Below are positions 25,676-39,300 of a stretch of DNA of 64,000 nucleotides, in pieces. Under the pieces are notes generated by a model. That model searched no databases. It saw only the letters and a program-made list of their open reading frames with translations, and was not told the origin of the DNA. The translations under genes were made by a program, and so were the position numbers. The stretch comes from Amphiscolops sp. MND2022 (Eukaryota). The stretch is from contig OZ076413.1 of NCBI GenBank assembly GCA_964187785.1, positions 42,906,001 through 42,970,000 on the forward strand, written 5' to 3'. Numbering within the stretch: the first letter of the stretch is position 1; every line of letters begins with the position of its first letter.

Positions 25676-28287
25676 ATGATATCTATACGACCAGACCCTC
25701 GAGCGGCAGAGTATGGCCCGTACTTTCTTAAAGAAGAGAATCCTGCGGACTTGCAGCGGGGTACGGATTCAAAAGGGAATACCTATGTCATAGGGCACTA
25801 CGAGGCTGGGAAATACTTTTACATCAGATATGGTTAGTCGCTGCCTAATTACTGTTGTCTCTTCATTATTGTTCCTGTTTTGAAAAACCGACTTATCATT
25901 GCCAATTTCAATACATCATTTTGATGGCCGGCGTCAATGGCCGAAAGAAGCTCCCACTTCAGCATTATCTTACGATGATTCCTCAGCCATATTTATATGT
26001 TAAATGCAATATGTTGTTTAGGTAACACGATTACGGGCATTCTGAAGTACAAAACAATCATGAGAGGGGCGATTGATTTCTACGATACCTATGTGAACGC
26101 TGACTGCCGCGGTCAAGGTGTGGGGAGCATTTTGGCCAAAGTTAGTCTTTCAAACTATCTCGAACCGCCTCCTTTTCTTGTCTGGGTAACGACATAGTTT
26201 GAAACATTGTAGTACTAAAAAATTGTTCATCATACAGTGTTCGTTTTACAAAAATCGTAACGGAGATAATCCGTGGGTAGTAATTCTTTCAGCAGGTAAG
26301 GGCATTCCATGTTCTCACTAATTCCGGTTTACTGTGATTTGTTTTTTTTCTCCATTGGCGCTAATAGCCTTGGATGTAAGGTAGTCGTAGGGCTCATGTA
26401 CTGATCTTTTCTTCGAATAGATACAGTTTGGAATGCTGCGACGAACAAAAATTAATATGACAAGGATCATTTCATTTTATACGTGATTTTTATAGCATCT
26501 TCATTTGAATATTTTCCTTTTTTTACCACAATGTTTGATGAAGTCTTTGAACTCAGCAGGGTTTCGTCATCTCTAATTTCTCGCTAAGTGCAAATTTCAG
26601 AAGAGCCGATTCGCTGGATTGGTCTTTTGATATTACCGATATTCGTTCGGCTTCAAGTATAGCTCAAGATGGCATAACTCATTTAGTTTCAAACAGAAAA
26701 TAATGGCAATTTTCATTTTCCGTGGTTTAAATAATGGAAGTTGATAAGTTGGTTGAGTTTTCTCATGCCTTAAAGTTTCATTGGTTGCCGCTAATTTGAG
26801 CCGCGATATAAATCGCTGAAAAACTCGCTAAATTGTTATTCCGTGCCAGGGTTGTTATTAAAAACGTTCTTTTCACTAAACGTTTTTTGTTTAAAACGTT
26901 TTAAACAGTTTTAAAACACTTTGCTTTAAATTCCTTGAATTGCCAATAATAAGATATTCATTATCAAAAAATATCGGAAAATTTTAAAAAATCATTGAGA
27001 GCATCATCGCTACTATCCAGTGAGCAATAACAAAATACAAGTTTTGACACTTTCTCTGGATTGAGGCGAATCTCATTGGCTAAGAAAAAAAAACAGTTTT
27101 ATTTAACAAGCCGAAAACGGCCCAAGTCGGCGCCGTATCTAAGGCTCAAAAATAGAAGAAGGACTTCAATGTGTCAAGTATTCTCTTTTACAGTACCCGC
27201 GTGAGGTAAAAATTGAAAAAAAATCCCAATTTTTTTTTGAATTTTTTTCGATTTTTTTTGGTCTCCGGTAAGTCGCATAGTGCCGAAAAATGTAAAAGGG
27301 TGGCCTTTGGGAGTTTTTGAACATCCATTCTTTTGAAAAATAGAAAAAAAGAAGGGGGACCCTTCGGAGACATTTAAAAAATTTGCGATAAAAATCTCAC
27401 AAAGCCGAAAAACCTGCACAAAAAGTTTTGGTCATGTGCGGGACTCGAACCCACGTCCTTCTGCTTGGCAGACATCAAAAACTATCCTAATTAACCTCTA
27501 TGCTAAGTGGCAGTAGAAGTTACGGTATGCGGAAAACTGGTCGAAAATTAACTCGTCGAATGATAATTAAGTGCAAACTCGTCGAATACTTACAGGTTAC
27601 CCACTGGGATGATTCAGTTCTAATTATGATATAATTTTCGTTAATTGATGCGTAAAATCTTAAGTTTTACGCAGAATATAGCCCCTTTTTAGTTATGTAA
27701 TTGCTTGAAATCATTCACTTTTATAGTTTACAGTGTAATACTTCATAATAATTCAGAACTCCATAACACGGTATGATCACAAAGCTAGCACTATATTTGC
27801 CTGAGATTATTTTCTATTCTTGCGACGAGTTTTCCGCCGGAGAATTTTCGGCGAGTTGCTTTTCGACGAGTTTTCCGCCTAGTATTTTCGACGAGTTGTT
27901 TTCGAAGAGTTGTTTTCGACGAGTTTTCCTAGATTCGAAGTTACAAGTGTGGCAGTTAGTGGACGCAGCTTATAAAGCTTATGAAAACTGTCACTTCGTT
28001 GGTCTTAAAAAAAAGAAAAGTCACTGCAATAGTCTGCGTTTTCCACGAAAAGCGCCGACTAAAAACTGAGTCTGTTTTAAAACGTTTGAAACAATCCGTT
28101 TTAAAACATAACCCTGGTCCGTGTTTAATTTTGTTTTTTTTTTGTACTCAAAAAGGCTGTACTTCAGGCTGGAATGGAGTACATCATCGAAAACAATCTT
28201 CGCGTCCGCCTAAGCTGTACTTTCATGCAGAAGTACGTGGATGAAGCATGCTTGCCCATTTACTTCGACAGTGTGCTCAGTTCTTGA
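25676..28287 (+). CDS. NATD1: NATD1-like (Acetyltransf_CG/YjdJ-type GNAT) gene; exons 25676-25832, 26022-26140, 28168-28287
   Basis: Phase-compatible GT-AG splicing gives '..IDFYDTYVNADCRGQGVGSILAK|AGMEYIIENNLRVRLSCTFMQKYV..', matching the NATD1 RG.G.A..LAK and C.Y..KY pattern. Confidence 0.85.
26847..28116. mobile_element. hAT-like MITE in NATD1 intron 2, containing a HINE-like element (~27106-28045)
   Basis: TIR CAGGGTT../..AACCCTG; degenerate 8-bp TSD TTCCGTGC/GTCCGTGT; inner AACAAG..AGTCGGCG / CGCCGACT sub-TIRs. Confidence 0.65.
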
Positions 28288-28721
28288 AGATAACAACTAG
28301 TGTACGTGAGTGACGACTTCTTTCAATAATGCTTCGTCTATTTCACCAAATACTGCCGTTTGAAAGTTGGAAAACGAGGCCCAAGGCTGAAAAACTGCTG
28401 GACCAGGCCATCTTGATTTCTCTTGCAAAGCTGGGATCTACAAATGATCGCCATCTTTGGTGATTGTAGCCGTAGTATATTTTGGAATTTACTTTCTAAT
28501 TTTAGATTTTCCTAGTTTTGTTTGTAAATAGTTTTGCTAACGCATGTTTGTATTAAATGTAATATCTTGCTCATAATTCTATTTTAATGAGAATGTTCTC
28601 GATTATTAATCTTGATATCGATTTCCAAGAGTCTTCTCTACTACAAGGCTTTTCAGTAAAAATGAGATTTTCAATTTCATCTCCAATGAGATCTCCATTT
28701 TTCCTAAATTATTAATCATTA

Positions 28722-28894
28722 CAGTGGATCCCGGATATAAGAAACTCGCTTATAAGAAATACCCGCTTATAGTCAATGCGTATCTTGGCCCCGACTGGCA
28801 ATTTCATTCCTTTTAAAACCCGGATATAAGAAAGTTCGGTTATAAGAAACACCACTGTCGTTCCCCTGACGTTGATTATATCCCGGATCCACTG
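28722..28894. mobile_element. pogo/Tc1-type MITE
   Basis: TIR CAGTGGATCC.GGATATAA with TA TSD. Confidence 0.85.
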
Positions 28895-29664
28895 TATTTT
28901 ATTTTTCCGAAATTATTATCTACTTATTTTCCATTCAATTTTTTGTACAAGTGTCCAAATTTGTAAGTGTCCACCGGAAAAGTTGAAATTTGCTTAAAGA
29001 TTTTCACTTTGCTTCCACTAAAACTTGACAGTGAGGTGAAATTTTTGAACGACCGAACCGCTCCTGTATAATCGTTCTTTGGTTTTGTCAGTTATTGTTC
29101 GTCTCCTTGCAACTGGTTCCCGTTTTAGGTTGGCTCATTTGAAACCATCTCCTTATCCCTGAACGAAATAGCTTTCGCAAAATCACCAATAGTTTCAATA
29201 ACTGTTCCCTAACCTTCAGATTTGCCTGCTTCTGAAGCGCCATTCTGCTTCGCCAAAAGTGATTTGTTCGTAGAGAAGGAAGTTTGTGAAAGAATTTCAA
29301 TTGGTCAACTAGACAAGTATTTAATTGATAAGAAATTGCTAGGCATTTGAAGCGACATATCGAGCTAACAACGTGAAAATCAAGGTAACTATGGAATTAG
29401 GTTTTACCAAAAAACACGCTTATCACTTATTGTGCTTGTGACTGGCCCGCTAACGCTTAAGTACGAATTTCAGCAGTCGCTTTCACTCTCGGTGGTTATT
29501 CGGTTATTACTAGCCACCTAATTCACTGGTGATAAAATGAAGAGGAATTCATTTCTCCAAGAACAAAAACACACATTTATCAGGATTATATAGAGAGACA
29601 TTGAGAGGATTGGTAACGAGATGAACAGATCTGCTTTTCAACCAGCCAGGGAAATACTTTATTT

Positions 29665-29955
29665 TTGCACATGACGAAGTCAATGTGCATTGCAGTCCAG
29701 CTAAGAAAGTTTTTTTTTCCACAATAGTCAACTTCATAATGAGCGCCTTTTAGATAAAAGCCAAAACCCCTGAGAGATTCGAACCTGCAGCCTCCCGATT
29801 GCACGGCATAAGTGTTGACCACTGTGCCATAGGGACGTTATTGAACAAAGTTGAACTGTTGAATATATACGCATGTGATTAAAATAATATATATACGCAT
29901 ATTAAAATAATGTCTTCGTCATGTGTTGCGAAGCACCGCTTCGCCTCTGTGTTTG
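29665..29955 (+). mobile_element. HINE-like element with an antisense tRNA-like segment; near-identical copy at ~60505-60800
   Basis: Sub-TIR CACATGACGAAG / CTTCGTCATGTG, hairpin GCGAAGC-ACC-GCTTCGC; minus-strand A box TGGCACAGTGG and B box GGTTCGAATC. Confidence 0.7.
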
Positions 29956-30020
29956 ATCAATGCATGTTAGTTAGACTTTTAGTTTCTGAGTTAAGAACAA
30001 AGATTTACGAAAAATGAATT

Positions 30021-30531
30021 TTTATTATTTCTCCGATAGCAGGAATATTATTGAAATCTCAAGAATTCTTTTTTTTTCAGTACAATTCTCGTCATGATTT
30101 TGAAAAAATCAGATATTTTGTTCGGCAGTGACTATAAGCGTTAGAATTAAATTTCTCAAGCTGCCGACGACAATTCAATTCTCGTGCGATGGAACGAGCG
30201 AATGGTAATAATGCATTCGTACGCTGACGTCATTGAGATGAAGCGAGCGAATGTTCGTAATTATGCTTTCGTACGCCGAGTTATTGAGATGAAGCGAATG
30301 AGTGTTAATTATTCGTTCGCCGGGAGCTTCGCCTGCATTTAAATGCGAATGCGAAACTTTGTCTTTTTATTTGCTTTAGTTCGAGATTTAAAGGCGGTAT
30401 AAACTGGTACAGTGATTAATTGTCCGCTAAATAATGATAACACAGGAGTGTATTGGTATTTTAGATATGATTCTATCATTAATGAAAGATGAAGACAGAA
30501 ATAATAGCGTGCCCCGGAGAGGCCTATTTTT
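30021..30531 (+). mobile_element. HINE-like element; homologous to the insert in the Polinton ATPase (51617-52153)
   Basis: Sub-TIR TATTTCT/AGAAATA, 3' hairpin GCCCCGGAGAGGC, T-tail. Confidence 0.75.
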
Positions 30532-31764
30532 CAATTCAAAAACAGCTCGCAAAGAAAACCAATGATTACAAAAGCGAGGCGGTTTTTCGTTCGAGAAGAT
30601 GAGCATAACTGGTATTTAGTCTCAACGGTGTTCTCTTAGTAATGAAAAATGTTTCTGAAAGCATCTCCTTTTTTAGTCGGCGCTTATGAAGTGAAACTCG
30701 ACTATAATAATGACTTTTTTCAATCCATCCGAGATGACCAAAATATTTCTACAAATTTTAAGGGGCCAAATTGTACCATTTGACCCAGGGAACTGAACTA
30801 TAATAGTTAATCCTTTTTTGCGTAACATACAATACCGGTCGACTTTTTGGCACTGTGAGATTTTTTCTTTTCTTCAATAAACTAACTCATCTGATGTATA
30901 TTGATCCTCGTTTAACTTATGCTGTTCGTGAAAGACGAAAAATTGCAGTGCCACTGTGTTTTTTAATGAATGTTTCATAAAATTATCGAAATCTAATTCA
31001 GAACATTGGATTGAATTTTGAAGTGTAGCATAAGTTACGGCGTTTTTCAACAATCCTAAAACACTCAATTTTACTCTAGTTTGAGGACTTCACATAAATG
31101 CATATATCAGTTATTAATTTACGCCCCAATTTTACAACTTCAGATTTTTTATTTTGGGGGGCTGGTATTAACGGAAAAGTTCCGAAAGTACGATTTTTTG
31201 TAGTTTTGAGCCTATATCGTGTTTTTATATGTTGATATTTTTGTGCTAACAAAGATAATTTAAAAATAAAAACTATTAGCATTCTAAATGTTACCACCCA
31301 CATCAAAACTGTCTTGTGCTTAAAATGTGAATGGAAAAATCGCGAGAGTAATCTTATGACTAAGTAGAATATCTACTCAATTCGATTTTGTTTCACATTG
31401 GTTCGTACATGGATTCTTTGCTAATGAATGGAAATCTAAAATGGTTCATTCATCACAATTCTTTCAAACAATTCATCTCAAAATCAACCAACTTCGCTTG
31501 AAAGTTTGTTCATGCCGTATTACTACTTTGATATCTTGCGTTATCCTTCAAAATCCTATTGTTCAAATTCACATTAAATTCTTTGGGGCTCCTGGTTAAA
31601 GTCAGCCGTTTACAACGCTTTGAATCTCAATTTCAGATTGAATTTGAGATCGTTTGTCCTGGGTCTTATTTTCTCACGTCGGTTTCCCTCGGGCTCTCTC
31701 TTAGTTGGGTTGCAAAGCCCCGTGATGAGAAAACGCAATTTCACGAGCAAACAATTGTTCTGCA

Positions 31765-31835
31765 ATGGATCACAATTCTGGAGTCCCACGAAACACCAGC
31801 AATAGTACTTATGGCTCTTATTACAACTACAACAG
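31765..31835 (+). CDS. Possible first coding exon of the USP gene (MDHNSGVPRNTSNSTYGSYYNYN..)
   Basis: S/Y/N-rich ORF ending at AG|GTTTGC, phase-compatible with an exon at 36322; no domain support. Confidence 0.3.
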
Positions 31836-32329
31836 GTTTGCTGGAACTTTTTCCTTTTCCCCACAGGCGTCAAATTTTGTGGAACCATTAGAATGTAAAA
31901 TTATTGTTTTATATGAAGAGGTAGGGGTAAATTTCGAATGATTGATTGAAAACGACCACAATCTCTCAATTGCTTCAAGTCAAAGCTTCAAAACGTGTTT
32001 TTTTTGTACAGAGCTATTTTACGTGATGACTAGTTTTTCAGAAGTGAGAAAGTTTTTGAGGCTCAAGTTCTAAATGCAGCGTAAGTGACAAATTTCATTT
32101 TCAAATCAAAGAACACTTTTTCTTCACACAAGTGTGAATTGAAGCTGAGCACATGCTTACTGACATGATCACTGTTTTCTGTTCACAACACCGTGCAAAC
32201 ATACGAGCACTCCGGTTTGATAATTGATTTATTATCGTAGGTGGCTGCTTTCAGCGTATATTTTTTGGGGTCAGATAAATTTTCTGACAATAGGCTGGGA
32301 GGGGGGGGGGTCATTAGCAAACAAGATCC

Positions 32330-34750
32330 AAATATTCTTACAATTGGAAAAGATTCTTTCCAACTTCATCTATCGTCAAACATTTTATCAACGCGAATAA
32401 GATGTATCTTGATCTAGTGTATTCATCTAGTGATGTGAATTCCCCCGTTCTAGCTATCTACTTAGATGTACAGAAATCATTTTATAAAGTGCCTCATCAT
32501 AAACTAGTTGTAACCGCTACTTGCCAAACTTGGTATCATTTGGGGCTGACTCTTGAGAGACTCTTACTTAGTTCTTACCTTTCTGACCGCAATCAATGTG
32601 TTGAAGTGAATAAGTCTTTTTTTTACCTCACTCATTAACCAGTTACTTCCGGCGTGCCCCAGGGAAGTGTTTTGACCCCCTTTCTATTTTTTCCTTTTCC
32701 ATGAATTTTGATAGCTGATCAAATGAGAATTAGTGACTTCTTTATACTCTGCGCTTTTCAAACAAAAAATGCCCAACTCTTACATTTCGGCACACGTTCG
32801 TCTGATAGACTTTTCAAGGTATTCGGGTTACTTCGGTGATCGAGCTTGCCCTCTGTGCTGCGTTTAGAAGTTCCATTCCTACCGCAGATCAAGATAAAGT
32901 AACGCTCTCCGCCAATTTTATTTTCCAGTCTCTATAATTCGTCTTCCAAAACCTGTTATTTTAAACACATTCGAGTTGACAGAAACATTGATTGCTACTA
33001 TTCTGTATGACCTCAAGGCAAACAAGGCTACAGAACCTGACGGAGCTCCTCCGTTCTTGTAAAAGTCTTCGAATCAAGAATTATCATTCGCTGTATGCCA
33101 GCTTTCAAAATCATACCAACGGGCAATTCCCCCAAGTTTGGAAGTGTGCGATAGTAGTTCCTGTCCATAGGAAGGAGGCGAAGAATGAAGTGGAAAATTA
33201 TCGTTTCGTTGCTAAACTGTCTCGAAATATTTTAACGTATATATAACAAGAAGCCCGCTAAGCACCGGGATATTTTCCGCCCTCTTCGCCTTCGCCAATT
33301 GAGCCACTGCTATTTTGGGAGGGGGGAATAGGATCTGAAAAATAAGATCTAAAATTTAGTTATTTTAGATCTTAATCCCTTTAGATCTTATTACCGTCCT
33401 GAAATTTGATCTTTTCCCTTTAGATGTTATTCTTTTTTTGACTTTAGATATTATTCCCATAAAATAGTCAAGTAACTAAAATAGTCAGGTGAGTCAAATT
33501 TGGCAGAATTTGGAAAAAAACGCATCACGAACCATGATTTTCCTCCCCCATTTAAAAAATGTGGGGTCGGAAAATAACAATTCTTTCTCTCTTATGAATT
33601 CCCTCACCGCAAGAGAGCACCTTGACAACAGGTTTTCGACAGAGAAGATATTGCACAACACAACTTCTGTCTTTTCTTGGCGATGTGTACAGGGGTCTAA
33701 CTGACAAGAAAGTTGAAATTGTATATTGATTTCGCAAGAGCTTCCGATAAAATTGACCATAGTGTGCTTTTGTCCAAACTATTCCATATCGGTGTCCGTG
33801 GAAAGCTGTTGAAAGTGATTGAATTATTTGAAGGAAAGAAGTTCCAGGGTGCGACTCGGCAAATGCTTATCACTTCGATATGTCACAAGTGGTGTTCCTC
33901 AAGGATCCTTGAAAGCCACTTCTATTCTTAGTTTCAAAAAAAGACTTCCCGGATAGTAGCGAAGTTACCACTTGTTACCTCTTCGCAAACAATGCGAAAG
34001 TTGTTGATATTGGCAGTAGTCCTTCGCTTTTGCAAGAAGACCTAACATTGCCGAATAGTTGCGAAGTCACCACTTGTAACCTCTGCGCAGACAATTCGAA
34101 AATTGTTGATATTGGCAGTAGTCCTTCGCTTATGCAAGAAGACCTAGCATTGCCTTGCGGTGTTACGAGAATGTCATGAATCTGAATGCTAATAAATGCA
34201 ACCACCTATCCTTTGTAGATACTCAATTTCGAATGAACCTCGACAGTTGTAACTCAAAAAACGGATTTTTCATGAAAGACTCTTTGAAGTGTAGCAGTCA
34301 CATTGCCCAGAAATGCCACAAATCAATGACCGTTTTATTGATGCTGAAACCCAACAGTCAGCAACAATGGAATGTCGGAAGCATCTGTACAAAACTGATT
34401 CTGCCAATATTATTTATGGATCTATGTGTTGGTTCCTCATGAAACGACTTGAAAGAGTTCAAAAATAAGCGCCATCTTGGATGGTGGGATCAAACGATTT
34501 AAAAAGCCAGTTTACCATAGACTAATTTGTTTTCCATTTCTTGGTACTTGCAGTGATTTCGTGGTCTTTTCCCATTTTTCCAAGGATACTATGCTGTTGA
34601 GAACAGAAATTTCGTCGAATTTTAGTCTCCCATCAGACGAACCGGGTATTCCATCCATTTCATTGTGCCCATCCATTTCATCAGGAAAAGTTCATCCGAA
34701 AACAGTTTTTGGGTGCCTTGTACCAAGTTAGTTAATAGTACCATGTTTTT
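32330..34750 (+). pseudogene. Highly degenerate LINE RT fragments, interrupted by MITE pieces
   Basis: 'GVPQGSVL' near 32650, 'WKCAIVVPVH..ENYR', 'YIDF..A.DKIDH..LL.KL..IGVRGKLL'. Confidence 0.7.
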
Positions 34751-36321
34751 TGTCAGGCCACAGATGTCACTCAATGGTGAACTTTTTACAGAATTCACGC
34801 CCGAGCTCGAAAGGGCCTTCTTTGATTTTTTTGTAGTTTTACCATATCCTCGAAACTATAAGGGATAATAGGGTCCGTCTTTAGTGTTTTTGGCACTGTG
34901 CGATTTTTGAATTACAAATTTTTTCACCAAGGGTATCCCTTTTGATTGTTCTCAAAATTTTAGCTGGAGCAAGGTCGAAGTGTCTTTTCAATCGGCTCTT
35001 TTCAGTAAGAAGTGCAAGTTTTTTGTCATCCTGAAACGTCCACTTTTATTTTGTTTGCTTGGTAAGCGCGCATCATTACTATTGGGTCAAGTGTCGGCGT
35101 GAACAAACTCTGTTCAAAAAGTAGACCATTCAGTGTGGGGTCTGACAAAAAACTTGCATCTGTGACAGGTGGACACCGTTACAAAAAGCCCCCAATAAAA
35201 AGGCATCTTTCAAGTTGTTTTGTTGTATCATCAACTCTGACTATATCAGTGTTTTGTCTCCCATGGAAACGTATCACACTCTGCTTTGTGCTTATTTAGC
35301 CTACAATGCTCTAAACGCCGTGCCGCCTGTTTCCAAAAAATAGATTCACGTTTCTTCAGGTTTCTTTAGTGATAAGAAAGACACGTTCCGTCAGTTTTTC
35401 ATCATCCATCAATTTTCCAATGTTATAATCATAGTTACTCTACGTTACTGTAAGCTTTTTATAAGTTGGTCGTCGTTCCATTAAATTTGATTTGATAGTT
35501 TTACTTATGTAGGTTGTGTGTTTTTGGATGTTTTTAGTCGGCGCATTTTAGTAGAAAATGATCCCGCATCTTACAGTGGGTATTTTTTTAGACGCGTACG
35601 GTCCACTTTTTGTTCAATTGTTCATCAACTTGATGAACTACGGAGGTTCAATACACTAAACCTCAGAACCTCGCCAATACAAAAAAAAACAAAACCGACA
35701 CCTCTAAAATACACTTTGGCTATCTAGGTGTTTTCGACTCAGATTTTTTCATTATACATTTATACATTGAGACTTTTTAGAAATTTTTTGGATTGCACCA
35801 TAGGGTCTCCCTTCATTTGTTTCGATATTTTGCAACAATGGATGTCAAAATTTCCCAAAGGACCCTTTTACATTTTTCGGCACTGTGACACTGTTCAAAA
35901 ATCTCTCTAAATTTTTTTTCTGAATTTTTTAAAATCTCCCAAGGATCCCTTCATTTTTGTTTCATATTTTGCAACCAACAGGAGTTTCACAAAGTCCAAA
36001 GGGTCCTCCTTTTACAATTCTGAGCCTTAGATATAGCGCGACTTTGGCCGTTCCCGGCTTGGCATGTTCGCTCATCTAGTTGTGGAAATCCCCCACTAAG
36101 TGTACATTTAGGCGTGCTGCTCGTTAGCCTTGAGCAATTGGGAACGAAGCCAAGCTTTGCGTATGTAATGAAAAAATCTTGAGATGGGACCCCTAAATGA
36201 TATGCGGACTTTAAATTTCTTGAACTAGTGCTGAATCTCGACGTAATTGGAATGAACAATAGTGATCTTCGGATAAAAATTGAACTCGAACTCAGAAGTT
36301 GAAAGAAATGTTACCTTTACA

Positions 36322-39300
36322 GTTTCTGGCCAGAAAGCATTCTTTATGCTATCCGGGGCAATGAGGAAACTCTCAAGCAAATAATTCTTGAAAACCGGTA
36401 GAAACTCAGATTAATATCATGTGTAGAAAGAAAAGGATCACAATCAAAATCACTTGAGCATAGTCAAAAGTTTGAATTTTTGAAAGTTTTCTCAGCGATT
36501 TCTCATCTACTGACCACCCAAAACTGCTTCCACTTGTTGTTTGAGTTGGAGTTCCAGCCCAGGTATACTTTTTGTGACAATAGGTAATTTTTTCCATAGA
36601 TTTACCCCGACCTACTCGCAAAGGCAATCCTCTCCCCAAAAAGCTACTATAGCCCAACTTGGATCTTCAGGCACAAGTAATCAGAGACGACCCCTTCCAG
36701 ATATAAGAAACAACACATCCCCGAATAGTAGAACAAGGAAGTTGGGAAGTCAGTTCGACTCTGCCAGCACTTCATTCTCTTTGTCACATGGGTCTGAATA
36801 CAAAACTAAAGATTACTCTAGTTTGACTCCCAACGACATCAGGTAGTGTTAGCTAGTATTGATTTTCACCTGAACCTAATCTTTGGAATATACAAGATCT
36901 CATTTAATGAAAACAAGAGTACTTTCGTCAGTGTTTTTTATCTAATTTTATTTCGTGATTCAAAGAGTTTTGAGGTAACTACCAATGGTTCAAAATAGAT
37001 ATCGGTTGAAGTTCATGTCAATCACATACCATCCAGTTTTGGGGCTAATCTTTCATGCCCAAAAAAGCCCCTTGATTTATGACAGTATCCAAAACTACTT
37101 TTGATGGGTGTTTTTGATTGGAATTATCATAAAATTTGTCTTCAAAAACTTGGTTTTGCGAGCGAAACCTCCATCTACCGTTTTCAAATCTGAGTAAGTT
37201 TTCTGCTGGAAAACGTTTTTGTCAAATTTTGCTGTCACATTTGAACTAGATCTTCAAACTAACGAGCTCGGAGTTGCTTTTAAAATATGTTTATTCCGCT
37301 CTTCAAATCCTCTCACCTACAATATTCAAATAAATGGTTGCAAGAAATGATAAAATGGGGTGAGGCAATATTTAACTGAGATTTAATAAAATTGAAAAGG
37401 TTATTTGAAAAAACAAGACCCGCTTAATACTCAAAAAGCACAAAGTTTTTAACATATGATCATGGCGTTACTGAATAAATTCTCCCAAATGTAAGAGTGC
37501 CGAAAAATGGCCAAAGGCAGCCTTCCGGGTGCTAAAACTTTTCGTCAACTGAAAACTTCAAAAGACGCAAAATTGTGGAAAAAATTATTTATCGAGAAAA
37601 AATTTCCTGAAAAAGTTGCTCATTGCTGAAAAAACCAGAGGGAGATCCGGGGATCCTTTGAGCTTGAAAAACATTTTTTTCCTAAGTGAAATCATGGAGA
37701 ATTGAAGGGGGGAGCCATTGATTAAATATTTTTTTGAAAAGTCGCGAAGTGTCGAAAAAAGCCTAAGGTAACCCTTAGTAGAATTATAAAATAAACTTGC
37801 CTCTGCGACAGTTGGGCATTTATTATAAAAAACGCCGACTAAGAATGAATTCACCTGATAAGTTAGCTGAATTTCGGTACTAATTGGATTGCAGTCGATA
37901 CAAGTTCAAGTTATTCCATTCCAAATTCGTAGAAAATAGCTAACACTTTAATCAGGCAAACATCTGGGGGCACTCACATACCTGTAACCAGTCGGTCTAT
38001 ACGAGCGGTTGACTACGGATCTGGAGCATATACTGGAAGAATGCCTGGTGACTTCTCAAATTATCCAGATGTCAATAACCAAATCCTTGATACCCGAGTT
38101 CCAAGCAATTTCGCCCCAGACGAATCTCAACGTTCATCAAGGAGAGGAAGATCCAATACATCGAAAGTTAGCAAGTTTCATGGATGCAAATACAGAAAGT
38201 CCACGTTAAGTTTACCGTACTAATCTCGGTAATGTTTCGTACTCGTACTGCTAATCCAGTGTTGCTATTCTTTTGTTTTAACATTTTCCTGAAAGTTGAA
38301 AGATAAAATGCAGGTTTTTAGCAGATGACGTTCCAAGAAATATTTCCAACAAGTTCAAGTCACAGGAACTTTGGGCAACACCAGGGACTTTGCGGAGTTT
38401 TTAATAATACAAGAATCTTGCCCCATTTTAAGGAATTAATGCCCCATTTCAAGTGGAATCAATTTTCAAGGTCTTGTTTACTTTATGAAGAAAATTCGAC
38501 AAGTAGAGCTTGATAATAAACTTTTCATGTGTAGATTTTTCAAGTCAACCAGTTATGCATAGTTTTGCTTTATTATCGTTGCCGCCTGCAGAAGTGACCT
38601 ATCATTCGTCGTTCCACAAAATCGTTTCTAGTCGGCGCTTCATTTTTTTGATATTTTTGTCTTCAAATTGAAAGTCCCCCTTCAATTTTTTGATATTTTG
38701 CAACAAATTGGAGTTTCAAAAAGCCCAATGGGTCTCGCCTTTTACATTTTCCGGCACTTTGAGACTGTTTCAAGGTTTTTAAAGTCTGAAATTAAGTTTT
38801 CTCAATATATACAAACATAATTTTTTTACAATATTTTCCGAAATTTTGACGTAATATCCGGAGTAAAGCGCTAGATCCGAACTTTTGACGTTATATCCGA
38901 AGTAGTTTGCGTTCTACTGAGGAGGAGGCGGAGGATACATCTTTTTGAGCCTTAGATATAGCGGCGACTTCAGACGTTCCCGTCTTGTTCCTGTTTGACA
39001 TGAAAACCTGTTCTGAAAACTGACAAACTGTTGAATACAAATGTTATCCGACGTTTTATCTCACTCCTTCTATTTAATTGAAATTAGCAACTGTTGACCA
39101 ATTATTTCCTTTGAGCAGAAAATGATTTCCTTTGAATTCAGATTGATCGGAACTGTATCTTTTTCTTTGCTTTGCTTTTGAAAATTGATCCCTACCAATC
39201 AATCTAAACGAGTCGAAATAAAAATCTTTAAAAAACGAAAGGCGAGGCTCCAAAGGTTTAACAGGGAGGGTTTATTTAAGCCCAAAAAACTGAGGCCCGC

